This document shows positions 13,785 through 30,775 of a stretch of DNA of 64,000 bases, one piece after another. Origin of the DNA: Octopus sinensis. Lineage: Eukaryota. Made by a program: the position numbers and the translations under genes. The stretch is taken from assembly GCF_006345805.1 (NCBI RefSeq), contig NC_043001.1:60388001-60452000 (forward strand). The letters run 5' to 3'. Under the pieces are notes generated by a model. The model was given only the letters and a program-made list of their open reading frames with translations, made no database searches and was not told the DNA's origin. How positions within the stretch are numbered: position 1 is the first letter of the stretch; the number at the start of each line of letters is the position of its first letter.

Positions 13785-15500
13785 AGCATGCCTAGTTGGA
13801 AAGCACGTATTGTATCGATATTAACAATTAAAGGAGGCATCTTCCAAGGAGACTCTTGTTAACCTCTGTTATTTGTTATAGCTTTGATCTCACTTTCTGT
13901 ATTCCTACACAAAATCAATGGCCACTTTCATCTGAGAAAGAATGGACATCATCTCAACCACCTTCTCTTCATGGATGATATAAAACTGTTCGCAAAAACA
14001 GAGTATGTAATCGAGTGACTGTGCAAATGTGCAGCAAGAATATAGTGATGGGGGGGAGGGATCCGGAAGTGTAGGGTGCTTAATTTGAAGCGGGGGAAAG
14101 ACTAAATTGTAGGGGCATAGAATTGCCAAACGGAGAGAAAATGAAAGACTCAGATGATGATGGGTACAAGTACCTTGGGAGTCTGGAGTTGGACAATATC
14201 TTGTATAAAGAAATGAAAGACAAGGTCATCACTGCATATTTATAGCGTCTTAAACTTCTCTTGAAATCAAAACTGAACTCCAGGAACTTGTGACTACCAT
14301 CAACGTATGGTAAGTTGCTGCAGTCTACTATAGTGCACCCATCCTGAAATGGACACAAAGGGAGATTAACCGACTCAATCGCACTACCCGACAGACAATG
14401 ACAATATATAGTGCTTTCCTCCCTAAGGCGAATGTACATGGGCTCAACATGAGAAGGGGTAAATATGTAACTGAACTGATAATCGTACGGGAGTGCACCA
14501 AAAGTGAAAGAAGAAACATAGCAGAATATTTGGTAAACAGCAAACGAGCCCTGTTACTGGTAATGCAGAAGGATTTAACAAAAATGAACTTGAGAATGGT
14601 TATGAATTCCGATCAAGAACAAGCAACGACAGAGAAGAAACCATAATCTGCATGGAATTACATGGTCAGTTCCTCCATGAAACCTACAAATTAAAAGCCC
14701 AGGAAGCATCGTGGTTGTGGCTCAACAAGGGTAACCTAAAGCAGAATACTGAAACTCTAATCTTCGATGCCCAAGACAAGGCATCGAATACCAACTCAGT
14801 GAAAAAGAATATGTACTGTAACGGATCTCTGTAGAAAGTGTGAGAAGAGGGTTGAAACCGTAACTCGCATTCTTGGTGCTTGTAAATATCTTGCGCAAAA
14901 GGTTTACAAGCGCAGACACTGCAAGATATCCCAAAGCCCCACTTGCTACTATGCCGTAAGTATGGATATCAGATTAAGGGTTCTTGGTACCAAAATACAT
15001 CGGAAAAGGTAATGGACGAAAAGGGGAAGGCAAAAATCCTCTGGGATTTTAACTTCCAGACATACTAGGTAATAGAGCACCGAAGGTCGGATATAGTAAC
15101 CTCCGGGAGGGCCGAAAAATTGCTAATAATTGACGTAGCAGTGCCAGGAGATCAACACGTCATCATGAAAGAAAGGGCAAAGGTTAATAAATAAGGAGAC
15201 TTGAGAAGTGAGATCGCTAAGATGTGGCAGCTACGACAGCCAAACATAAAGTTTATCCTTATTGTGTTCGAAGTATTGGGTTCAATACCAGGCCATCTTA
15301 AAAAAATATCTGAAAACTTTAGAAATACCCTGAAATCTAGTTGTATTGCAAAAGTCGGCATTATTTGGAACTGCACGCATATTGCGTAAAGTACCCTCTG
15401 TCTGAGGTCCTTGTTGGGACTTGACAAACAGTACAAACCCCAGGTAGACACAATATCTTCAATCAACAACCTCACGATATTGTAAACTCTGCAACGTCTA
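13785..15500 (+). mobile_element. Degenerate 5'-truncated R4/Dong-type LINE ending in (TAA/CAA)n
   Basis: GIFQGDS, FMDDIKL, YKYLG, LHGQFL, WLWLNKGNLK..TETLIFDAQD, KILWDFNFQT and IIDVAVP; many stops. Confidence 0.85.
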
Positions 15501-15549
15501 TAATAATAATAATAATAATAATAACAACAACAACAACAACAACAACAAC

Positions 15550-15620
<71 letters not shown>

Positions 15621-15627
15621 TAATAAT
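15499..15627. repeat. (TAA)n(CAA)n(TAA)n tract
   Basis: Directly visible; tail of the upstream LINE and target of the next one. Confidence 0.95.
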
Positions 15628-15649
15628 TTTTTTTACCGTATTTTATTAT

Positions 15650-19880
<4,231 letters not shown>

Positions 19881-19899
19881 GCGGTTTCTCATCTTAAGT

Positions 19900-20425
19900 G
19901 ATTGACAGTGCTATCATGTACATGTTTTGTTATGGTATGAAAAACGGGCTAGAACAATATTCTGCTCAATATCCTCAGATTTGCTTGTCAGTTGATTCAC
20001 CGTTACCAGTTGAGCATCTTCCTTAGTGGCGGAGAATATGTGCATTTCTGACCACGAGTAGGTTAGTTGGGAAGAATCAAGCCATGTGGAATTCTTTGGA
20101 ATTTGATTAGGCTTGAGGAATTCTTTGGGATTTGATTAATTCTCTTTCAGGGAGATGTGTACCTTGTTCATTGTCCCTAAACAAACTTATTCAGGGGCAT
20201 TTTGAGCAGGATAGGTGACTCGACCTGCAGAAAATTCTAATTGGGCCCCATCTTCAAGGTCATGCGCTTTTTCTCTTGATATGAGAATACATTATCGCGC
20301 ACTTTGATGCATTTGCTTGCGTACTTCATCAGAGTGGAAGTTCTGATGGGTACATTGGATTTCGTTTATTTGTAAAACAGTGTCACGTTCATGGCATGCA
20401 TTTCTCCCTCATTCAATAATAATTA
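19900..20425 (+). repeat. Dispersed repeat ending in a TAA tail (SINE or LINE 3' end); second copy near 61030-61330
   Basis: Shared blocks (cttattca, actcgacc, aaaattctaa, ccca, tccctca-tcaata) between the two loci. Confidence 0.55.
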
Positions 20426-20570
20426 TCTCCTAAACCACGGTTAGACGAGCGTTATTGTTTGAATATGGATACATGCGAGTGAAAACAGCTGTTTTCTCGT
20501 CTTCATCATCGTAAGAGAGTTGCATGTTAGTTTTAGATTTCTTCTCTCATCATTTCTATATTTAAGAGTG

Positions 20571-20604
<34 letters not shown>

Positions 20605-21127
20605 CACTCTTTCTCTCTCTCTCTCTCTCTCTGTATCTCTTTCCATCTCTTTCTCTCTTTATTTCTGCAATGTTAGAACATTTCTTCCTGACAGTACGCC
20701 CACCACCTATACCGAAAATCTTTGTACCGGAAAACATGTTACGGGAAATTTTGAAATCACTGTTCACCCCAGCTTCTATTGAATTTAATTAAAGGTAACA
20801 ATAATAACACAGATAGTAAATGTATGGATAATAAGAATACTAATGGTTTTAGTGGTAGTAATAATGTTTGTGATATTGATGATATTGTTAGTTGTATTGT
20901 TCACTGTAATAATAGTTAAGGTCTCTTCTAGTGCTCCTGGTAGCATGTAATCCAGTACAAACTAATTCATGGCCGGTCTGTTTGTTATTGAAGTGGCACC
21001 CCTACCAAACGCTTACTTTGTGGGGAGGGTGCTTCTGATGGACACCCTGCAGGACGAAAATGATATTCTCTTTAAAGGCGGATGAACGTATTAACGTCAA
21101 CGACCATCTACCTATAGTAGTCTTTAA

Positions 21128-22329
21128 TACGAGAGCCGGCTGAGTAAAATTTTATAGGCTGACCAAGATACTATCATCGAATGTGACCAAATGAGGATTA
21201 TTTTTCAGCATATTATCCCTTGCTGTCACACACTTATTCAGTCGGTGATGCAGTGTTTGGATCCTATTGCTAAAAAGGTTTCATCGTCTTGGCCACAAAG
21301 GTCATCAACAGTAGATATGACGTCGATATCCCCACGATACTGGTTTCCAGTCAAGAGCTCTTTCATGCTGTGAAACAGTTGATAGTCAAATAGGGCAAAA
21401 TCAGGAGAATAGGGAGAATGATCACCCAGTTCAAAGTCTCAGTTATGCACCGTAGCAATTAAAACCGAGTACTTGTGTGTTGGAGCATTGTTTTGATGAC
21501 AAACCCACCACTTTCGTCTCAGTTTTCCTGGAGTTTGGTCATAATAGCTTTTCGTAAGTGCTTCAGAAAGTTGGTATAGTACACTTCATTGATGGAGTGG
21601 TGCTTTTCGAGATAGTCAGTAGATTCAAAGCTGTTTCCATTCTAAAACAAGGTTATCATCTTCCCAGCAGATGAAACGACCTTGGCATACTTTGGAACAG
21701 GTGAGGTGAGGTGTTTCCGCTGCAAGGATTGTCTATTTTCCTTTGACTCTAAGTGATGAACCCAACACTCATCCTCGCTCAGGAATCTTTCAATTAAATC
21801 AACAGGATCTACAATGTCAGATTTTTCCGTGAGTTGACGCGCTTCGTGCGCTTTTGGTCAGGTGTACGAAGATATAGCGCCACTTGCAGAAACTCTCGTC
21901 ACGCCAAGTTTATTGTGTATAATATTCTCAACTCTTGCACAGAATATGCTAATTTGATTTATAGCCATGACAGATGCAGGATGTCTAGATCTTGGATCAT
22001 CTTCAAAATACTCCATTCCTCTCGTAAATTCAGCTGTCCAATTTTGCACTGTTGATTAATCTGGAATGCTAACCTCTATCAGCAAGAATGATCTTGAGTG
22101 TCTAGACCATTCTGCAAGTAATTGATAACAGCACGATGCCAAAGTTTGTACATTATCAAGAGAAGTTGCTACTAGTTACTTCTGAAGTATTCTTTCAACA
22201 GTCTGATGTTAGGTTAACTGGAAAAAAACAAAATTGATAAGAAGCGTTGAAATTAATGCATGAGAGATTTCACAGCTCTAACGTCACTCCTTCATAGTCA
22301 GCTTATGAACGTGTCAGCCCACCCTCGTA
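21128..22329 (-). mobile_element. Decayed mariner-type transposon (~1.2 kb)
   Basis: Imperfect TIRs TACGAGAG..GGCTGA..ATAGGCTGAC / GTCAGCTTATG..TCAGCC..CCCTCGTA; minus-strand EDDPRS, DECWVHH and HSPYSPDFALFDY. Confidence 0.8.
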
Positions 22330-22399
22330 TGTCAATTACTTTTAGTGTTATTGATGACATTAATTCCAGTACAATCTGTTCCATAGTCGAGACGTCGGT

Positions 22400-23830
22400 A
22401 ACTAAACCGGCAACTCCTCAAAGCCTATGCCTGGTAAGGAATTTGGATGTTACTGGACACTCCTCGGGACAAAGCATAGTAAACTGCGAATGAACTCACT
22501 GGAGTCAACAGCTCTCCAACTCTATGAGTCTTTAACTGATGTGAGAATGAATATTGGAGAAAGTGACCAGCGCTGGATAACCGGCTTCAATGAGAGGAGA
22601 GGAGTTTCTCGGAAGTGTTGGCTGGCAGCCTGTCTGGAATGGTAACACGATATTATTTTGGTTGGTGGTAATCTTAAAACTCATACCTGAATTACGAAAG
22701 AAAAGTCACTAAATTAATCCCAGCGACATCAACTAGGCTGGAACTTTTAGAAAATGTGTCACGTCCGGTGGAACGGAAGCGCAGGCCCGTTCATAATCAA
22801 GTTAATACTGAACTTAAACAGATTAAGATGGAAAAAAAATTGTTGTTCCAATGTCATATGAGATGTCAGCCAGAGTTGTTCGAATGTCATATTAGATGTC
22901 AGCCAGAAAATAGAGGACGCTATAGGAAAAGTTTTGGGGGCGCATATGAAGATCTGAAGGATGTGATAGGGCAAATTAAGACCAAAATGTGGTTAGAGGA
23001 GATGGAACAAGAGAAGATTGTAATGAAAGACTACTGACCCAGAGGAAATACCCATCGAACAGGACAAAGCTGTGACATGAAGAAAGGGAATCTACAACAT
23101 ACAGAAGACATTACTGTACCTCAAACTAGAGAGTACCTCAAACCAGAAAGAATTAACCCAGAAGTAGTTACTCTTAATGACAAAGTTCTGGGAATAATGT
23201 TACTTGAGGAAAGGAATAGGTTACCATCATTGAAGTCATATCATAGAGCAAAACTAAGATCAGAACTCAGGAAAGCGAATGAAGTTGTCATGAGAATTCC
23301 AATTACAGTTATCACTGAGTATGCTACTCCTTATTTATCACGGAGAACATAGGAATGTTCAGAGGATAGAAAGTAGAGAGAAACAAGGAACCATTCCAGG
23401 AAAGGAGAAAAATAAAATAAAACATCGACATATAACGAAATTTCAACTAATTAAGAGAAAAATGTCTCTATGAATAAGAACCTTGTTGATAAGCACACTA
23501 TTTATTTTGGATATCTCAAAGTAGATCAAAGCGAGCGGAGTTAAGATCAAAAGATACGAGGAAAGATGTCTACAGTTTAAACAAAATCAACTGCTTAAAA
23601 GTCTCAGTTCTACTAGACTCGGGTGGAGCAGATAAAGAAGAAGCAGAGTCACCTGATCCCAACGAAGCAAGTTCGTTTTCGAGCAAAATCTGGTCCATAA
23701 AGTAAAATTCAAGAACATGGAGATGCAGGATGACATCATCATCACCCTGGAAGATATTCAAGCCAGAGTTGGTATGATGAGAAAAGGAAAGGCAGCTGGC
23801 CCGGACAGTTTTAAGGTTCTTAGACCAAGG
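22400..23830 (+). mobile_element. Highly degraded 5'/central part of an R4/Dong-type LINE
   Basis: LEERNRLPSLK, KIKRYEER..QFKQNQ and KAAGPD parallel the N-terminal-to-RT region of the 15650-19880 element. Confidence 0.6.
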
Positions 23831-24184
23831 TTCAGGATATTTACTTGTATAGATTGTTTCCAAAATTGTTAAGATTGAGAAGCGTGTGCAAATTTAGAAA
23901 AGAAAAAGGAGAGAAAACCAAAAATTAGTGTAGGCATTCGCACTTACATCAAATAGAACCTGATTTGGATTTTTAAAATGACCAAACAAAATACAAAACT
24001 TGTGCTAGCTCGATTTCAGATCAATATAGATAAATAACAAGCTGATTCTCTATTTTCCGTGCTAGTGAAATCAATAGATATCTGAAAACTACTCCCACCT
24101 GACCAGAAAAGCAAATAAACAAGTGTACATTCAAACCAATCTCTTCATATACGTGATATATAATATATATAAAACTCAATATAT

Positions 24185-24239
<55 letters not shown>

Positions 24240-24249
24240 TATATATATA

Positions 24250-26780
24250 TTCATTGATAATTTATATATATTAGTCATTTTAAATATTTATGTAATTAGA
24301 TATAGACTAATATTGATATTAGATTATGGGTGGGTTTCCTACCTTATAAATTTCTTGATAAATAATGATTATTTCTTAGCCTTAATTAGCTCCCTATTTG
24401 TTGGTTTATGTAATAGTATTATAAATAATAGGTGATTTGTAGTACTTATTATATTAGTTTATTTTAGTTATTTAGGTTCTGTTTTTAATTATAGTTAGAT
24501 TATAGATGGTTTTTCATTTTATTACTAAATATTTTATTACTAAATATATTTTTAATAAATATTTAATGGTTTATTGAATATAGAGTCTGGTAAGTGACAA
24601 TTTTTTTTATTTTATATATTTTGTTATATTTCTATCATAACTTCGTTAAATTATGATTTTGTTATATCAATCTATTTGTATGTAATCTCTTTATATTTGA
24701 AATAGTTTTATTTAGTTGTTTATTTAATCTATTTTATTTAATATAGAAGTATAGATTAGTAGATTAATTATTTAGATTTAACTTAATATTTACCTCTCTT
24801 TTGTATTGTAGTATGATTATAGACAGTTATATATCTATTTATTTTATGTGGTATATATGTGTATATGATGATGTGTGTGTATATATATGTATTATGTATA
24901 TACATTTATTTATGTGTATGTGTGTGGATGTGTATATATAGGTGTAAGTGTATATATTGAGTATTGTATGTATGTACATGTATGTATGAGTGTGCATATG
25001 TGTATATGTGTATGTGTGTGTATATATGTGTGTATATATGTATATGTATGTATATGTGTATGTATGTGTATATGTGTATATATATGTATATGTATGTATA
25101 TATATGTATATATATATATGTATATATATGTATATATATATGTATATGTATGTATATTTTCTTATATATTTATGTATACGTATGTATAGTTATACTACAA
25201 ATTTTGATAAGTATTTATAGATTTTGTTATGATCACTAATTTTAGCTTATAATTATAAGGGCATGGGAAAGAATTTATGGTATGTAGAGGGGTTACTATA
25301 TAAATTATTTCTTATATATTTATTAATCTTATAAGATTTTTAGAATATATTTAATAATTAGTGGTTTTTAATCATTTAAATCATTTAATTTATTTTGTAT
25401 TAAGTTTCATTTATCATAGTTATTTTATTAATAAATATTATAGTATAGTGAGATTTTATTCTTTATTTGTGACTTCATTCTTTTTACAATGATAAACAAA
25501 TAATTTTCTCATTCACAATCTTTAATAAAACGTAGGTTCCTCACGCGTAATGAATTCTTCAACAATTTATTCTTTTTTTTTTGCTAATAACTTAATTCCA
25601 CGAGTATTCTTATAAACGCTGTAAAAGACGTTTTCTGATTCAAAATTTTAGTTCATTGATTAAACCTCGCTAAGTTAAGTATGTATTTATTTAAGATCTT
25701 CAAATTGTAAATTTTAATATTGTATAAGCTTTTGGAGTAATAATATTCTCCTTATGTAAATATCGTTGTTTATGTAATGATCTAATTAACGTAATTTTCA
25801 ATATTATTAGATATTAAATTTAAGTTAATTCGTAAGATACTTCTTAGCGATAGATTTATTATTTGATAGCAAGCATACGAGGTGTATTAAGAGAGGCTTT
25901 GTATATACATGTTTTAATAGTATTAATTGTAGTTTTAAATTTATAATTAAATTAAATAAACTTTGATAAACTTAGATATGTTTCGACTAAAGATTGGTCA
26001 GGCCATGTCTAATTTAATAACATAACTTAGTTATTTCTTTAAATTTATATTCGATAATTATTCCCATTCATAATTATATTTATAGTACTTATAGTATTTA
26101 TTCGATACTATATAACTACGAATTGATTATTTCTAAAAGTATTTTACATAAGTTCGTTTAAGTTAGTTTATTTGTATTTAGCTATTTCATCTTTAAATAT
26201 GAAAAATTAAATTTATTAGGTTTTTATTACATGTGCATATACAATTATTTATAGAGATTATTTTAGATCTTAATTATAATATTTATATACATTTATATAT
26301 TTTCATTGATAATTTATATATATTAGTCATTTTAAATATTTATGTAATTAGATATAGACTAATATTGATATTAGATTATGGGTGGGTTTCCTACCTTATA
26401 AATTAAAATTAACATTTAACATTATAGTCGATTTGGATATAATCATAATTGTTAAGTTCTATGTCTCTAGTTTGATAACAAAGTTTATTATAAGTAAAAT
26501 TATTATATTATATATATTATTTATATCTTAAAAATATTGTTTAAATATTTCTGATTATATTTTAGATATTTCAATCACCTGAAGAATGACTGTAACTCGA
26601 ATTTTTACGAATTGGACAGCCATGAAACGATCGTAGTGTTATACTAATTATCTTTTTTAATAATTTTGATATATATTTAAAATAATATAAATTAATTAAT
26701 CTTATGTATTGGCTTAAGTTTTTCATTGTATGATTTGCCTAATAGTGGTTTTATCTCTAATTTAATATAATATATTTATA
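24250..26780. mobile_element. Extremely AT-rich ~2.5-kb segment with ~100-bp direct repeat and a hammerhead; probable PLE-derived element
   Basis: 24250-24352 is repeated at 26302-26404 (ttcattgataattt...gggtgggtttcctaccttataaatt); bounded by (TA)n; HHR at 26576-26638. Confidence 0.5.
26576..26638 (+). ncRNA. Type-I hammerhead ribozyme motif, canonical core
   Basis: CAC-CTGAAGA-ATGACTGT...ACAGCCAT-GAAAC-GATC-GTA-GTG; extended stem II, palindromic ACGATCGT stem III, GUA cleavage triplet. Confidence 0.8.
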
Positions 26781-26789
26781 TATATATAT

Positions 26790-29700
26790 ATATAGAAAAT
26801 AGTAAAAAGTGAAAAAGCTACAGAAGGCTTGTTTTAAAAGGTTAAAAATATATATATTTGAGTCAATATGTCTGAAGACAATTTTTTTCATACAATGACA
26901 TAGTTTAGAAGAAATGACCGTCTTCGCGTTCAGCTTTTCAAATCGTTATGTTTACGTTGAAAGAAGATCTAAATAAGGGGAGGTAATAAGTGATTTCTTC
27001 CGGTGTAAGGGAGATAATCGCTTAAATAGTAGTTGCTTTGCGCATTTCTCAATGTGCTCACTAAAGGGTATCATTCTGTATTCTGGGAATGCAATCTGTT
27101 GTCGATGCAGTGTGCATCTGCGTCTGAGTGATAGTCCCGTGGACCCCACGTAGTCATGGGGGCAGTCCGAACATTTTATGACATAAATTATGTTTTCAGA
27201 GGCACAAGTAAAATTAGATTTGATCTTAAATTTCTGTCCCTCTTTGAACACCAATTGTCCTCCCACGCAAATTCCAGATAAAAATAATTCCTAACGAGCC
27301 TGACGGACAGAGAACTATTAGGGAAAAGTCAGCTCTATTCAATTTAAGATCAGAAATAGAGCTTCTAAAACTTAGGGCCTCTACAAATGAGGAAAAATTT
27401 AAAAGCATCGACGAGGTGATGCACAATATAATACAAAAACATACCGAGGGACAACCCCTCGAAAATACATTAGATCATTGGAAAGATACCTGTGAAAAAG
27501 AAGAGAGAAATTCTCTCCTGCGCTGGAAAAAAAGCAACAATTTCTTCCAAAGATATAGTTTAACTTTCAAAAATGAATTGGGTACGGATAATCCCTTCCT
27601 TAAGAAAATTACAAAAAATAAAAAAGCAAAACCAAACAACCCACGAACAACCCCCAACTATCCTCCATACTCTAGAAACAGAAATCACCCACAACCAACA
27701 TTTTCAAATCACGCAAGACTTAACAGGGAACAAGCTGACAGACAATGCGTCTATGAAATAGATTACACCAAAAACAGAACACACCAACAACATCCTAATA
27801 CCAGACCCAACCACCACATAACAGCACAAAATAACACTAGAATACGAAATACACCACACACAAGTCGCTACTACCCCATGAACCAAAATTACTGGTCCCC
27901 ACTGAACACAAGGCAAACGCAAAAAAACACTATGTCAAGCAACATCCCACATACAAGCAGTTCGAAACAAAAATATTTCACATACAGAAATTTTACACAC
28001 ACCACAAACAAAAACAACCATAGATTCCCACACACACACAACAATCGGGGACAACAATACCACCATTCCCCCGACCCAATATCACACAACCTCACAGACA
28101 ACTCATACAAACAAAATTACACCCAACATTTTTTAGCCAGGGACCAGAGACACCAGGACACAGACTGGAACCTAGTAATAAGGAAAAACCGAAGATAATC
28201 AACCTTTCAACCAAACCTCTTTCTAAAGGGCTCAAATTTACACCAACTCCACGCAATGCCAACCTAAATGAAATTAAGGATAATATAACAGAATTTTGCA
28301 GAAAATTAAGACTAGCAGAAGCATCAACCAGTTTCAATACTGAAGATGAATCACTAGTCAAGAACAAAAGTGAACACATCCCCCACAGAGGAAGAAATAA
28401 AGATCTTGACGAATTCTGTAACCACATTGAGAACTTTCCCTACCATACTATACATAAACAGACAGTTAACTCAAATTTTAACACTTCACAATGGAAGGAA
28501 CATTGATGAAGATATAACCATTAAGGAAGCAGACAAGGGAAGGGCAGTTGTAATAATGGATACATCATACCATAGAAATCTTGTAATTTCCTTGCTTGAT
28601 GACAACCAACATTATGAAAAAATTACCAACTACACCCCACAAAAAATAATGAAAACTATCTTCACTAATTAAAACCCATGAAAAGGAACTAACAACCAAA
28701 GAGATTGACTTTCTAACAAACTTTAAATGCAAACCTAGCCTCTTCTATGGTCTGCCCAAAATTCATAAAAGCCAAATTATAAATGAAACCATTAAAAAAT
28801 CACCAAAGACATACATACACACACCTAACCCGGGGGACCTAAAACTACGACCCATTGGAGCTGGCCCAACCTGTGAAGCACACAGAATAAGTCTATTTAT
28901 GGACGTCCTCCTGAAACCCTTCCTTAAACATATCGATAGCCATATCAGAGATGACTTAGATATGTTAAACCACCTTCCAAAAAAACCCAAGGAAGAAACA
29001 ATCATGGTTTCATTTGATGTAGTTAACTTATATACCAGTATACCTCATAATTATGGACTAGAGGCAATACAGTTCTGGCTGGACCAATTTCCGGAAGAAA
29101 TACCAAAAAGGATCAGTAAAGAATTCATTACTAAATCAATTGAATTCATCCTACATAATAACCACTTCATGTTTGACAATACATTTTACCGTCAAAAATC
29201 CGGAATTGCTATGGGTACAAGGGCAGCACCAGTCATTGCGAACCTAACAATGGGCTACCTGGAAATAATCATATACCAGGAATCTTTATCAATCTTTGGA
29301 AACCCCCTCTCTCAATACATAAAAGAGAATTGGAAACGATTCCTGGACGATTGTTTTATACTCTGGAATGAAAACACAGATAAACTCCTAAAATTTAAAA
29401 ACCTAGTGAACAGCATAAACCCAAATATACAGTTCACAATGGAATACAACAAAAAGGAGCTCCCATTCTTGGATATACTAATTAAAAAAATTAACCTTAA
29501 AATAGAAACATACATTTTTTACAAAGCCACAGGCGCCAAACAATACCTTCTTTTTGATTCATGCCACCCAAGACACACTAAAACAAACATTCCCTTCAAC
29601 CTTGCAAGAAGTATATGCACAATAGTGTCAGAACAAAATACCAGGAACTTTAGATTGCAAGAACTCAAAAACACCCTAATTAACAGACATTACCCAACTC

Positions 29701-30690
29701 AACTCATAGAGAATGGGATCAGACGTGCAACAGAAATCAACATAGAAACTTTAAGATAAGTTCAACACAACAACACACCTTCCCCGAAAATAGTACCTTA
29801 CATATCCACATACAACCCCAGAAACAAAGAAGCCTTCACCATCATCACCCAGAATTTACCAATGCTTCATAAGGACCCCAAATTAAAGGAAATTCTAAAC
29901 ATACACCAAATCATTAAAAGCTACAAGCAACCTAAATCACTTAAAAATATTCTCACAAAGGCAAAATTGTTTTCTGAAAAAGTAAAAAAGTAAAAAAAAT
30001 GTGGTAGACCGAACTGTGCAACATGTCCAAACCTGCTAGAAGGATCAGAATTCCTCTTCAAAGAGGGACAGAAATTCAAGATCAAATCTAATTTTACTTG
30101 TGCCTCTGAAAACATAATTTATGTCATAAAATGTTCGGGCTGCCACCATGACTACGTGGGGTCCACGAGACTATTACTCAGACGTAGATGTACACAGCAT
30201 CGACAACAGATTGCATTCCCAGAATACAGAATGATACCCCTTAGTGAGCACATTGAGAAATGCGCAAAGCAACTACTACCACAATTTTTAATCTTTCCAT
30301 TCTACCAATGTGCTATCGGAACACCAATACAAATTAGACTAAAAAGGAAACATTCTTCATTGAAAAATACAAGCCCAAACTTAACCATTCCAACATACTT
30401 ATACAGAGAAACTCAATCCAAAAGAAAGGCAAATAATTTTAAGCGATTATCTCCCTTACACCGGAAGAAATCACTTATTAGCTCCCCTTATCTAGATCTT
30501 CTTTCAACGTAAACATAGCGATTTAAGAAATTTGAAAAGCTGAACGCGAAACCGGTCATTTCTTCTAAACTATGTCATTGTATGAAAAAAATTTATAACA
30601 TTCTTCAGATATATTGACTCAAATATATATTTTTTAACCTTTTAAAACAAGCCTTCTGTAGCTTTTTCACTTTTTACTATTTTCTATATA
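26790..30690 (+). mobile_element. Penelope-like retroelement (Neptune-like; RT + Cys-rich linker + GIY-YIG) with inverted upstream pLTR, defective
   Basis: RT: IKEADKGRAVV, FYGLPKIHK, SFDVVNLYTSIP, GIAMGTRAAP, RFLDD, LPFLD, SCHPRH. Linker CGRPNCATC; endonuclease NIIYVIKC..C...YVGST. 26790-27250 is the reverse complement of 30057-30690 with a ~160-bp deletion. Confidence 0.93.
30525..30564 (+). ncRNA. Hammerhead ribozyme motif in the PLE 3' pLTR, U3-A8 core variant
   Basis: AAGAAAT-TTGAAAA-GC-TGAAC-GC-GAAAC-CG-GTC-ATTTCTT; perfect 7-bp stem I, palindromic ACCGGT stem III, GUC site. Confidence 0.8.
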
Positions 30691-30724
30691 TTAAACCACG
30701 TGCTTTCACAAACCAACTTTCTCA

Positions 30725-30775
<51 letters not shown>

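Noticed and set aside
24250-26780. Mitochondrial insertion (NUMT) as explanation for the AT-rich block
   Set aside because: No recognisable mitochondrial tRNA, rRNA or protein motif; the HHR and direct repeat favour a retroelement. Not excluded without a search.
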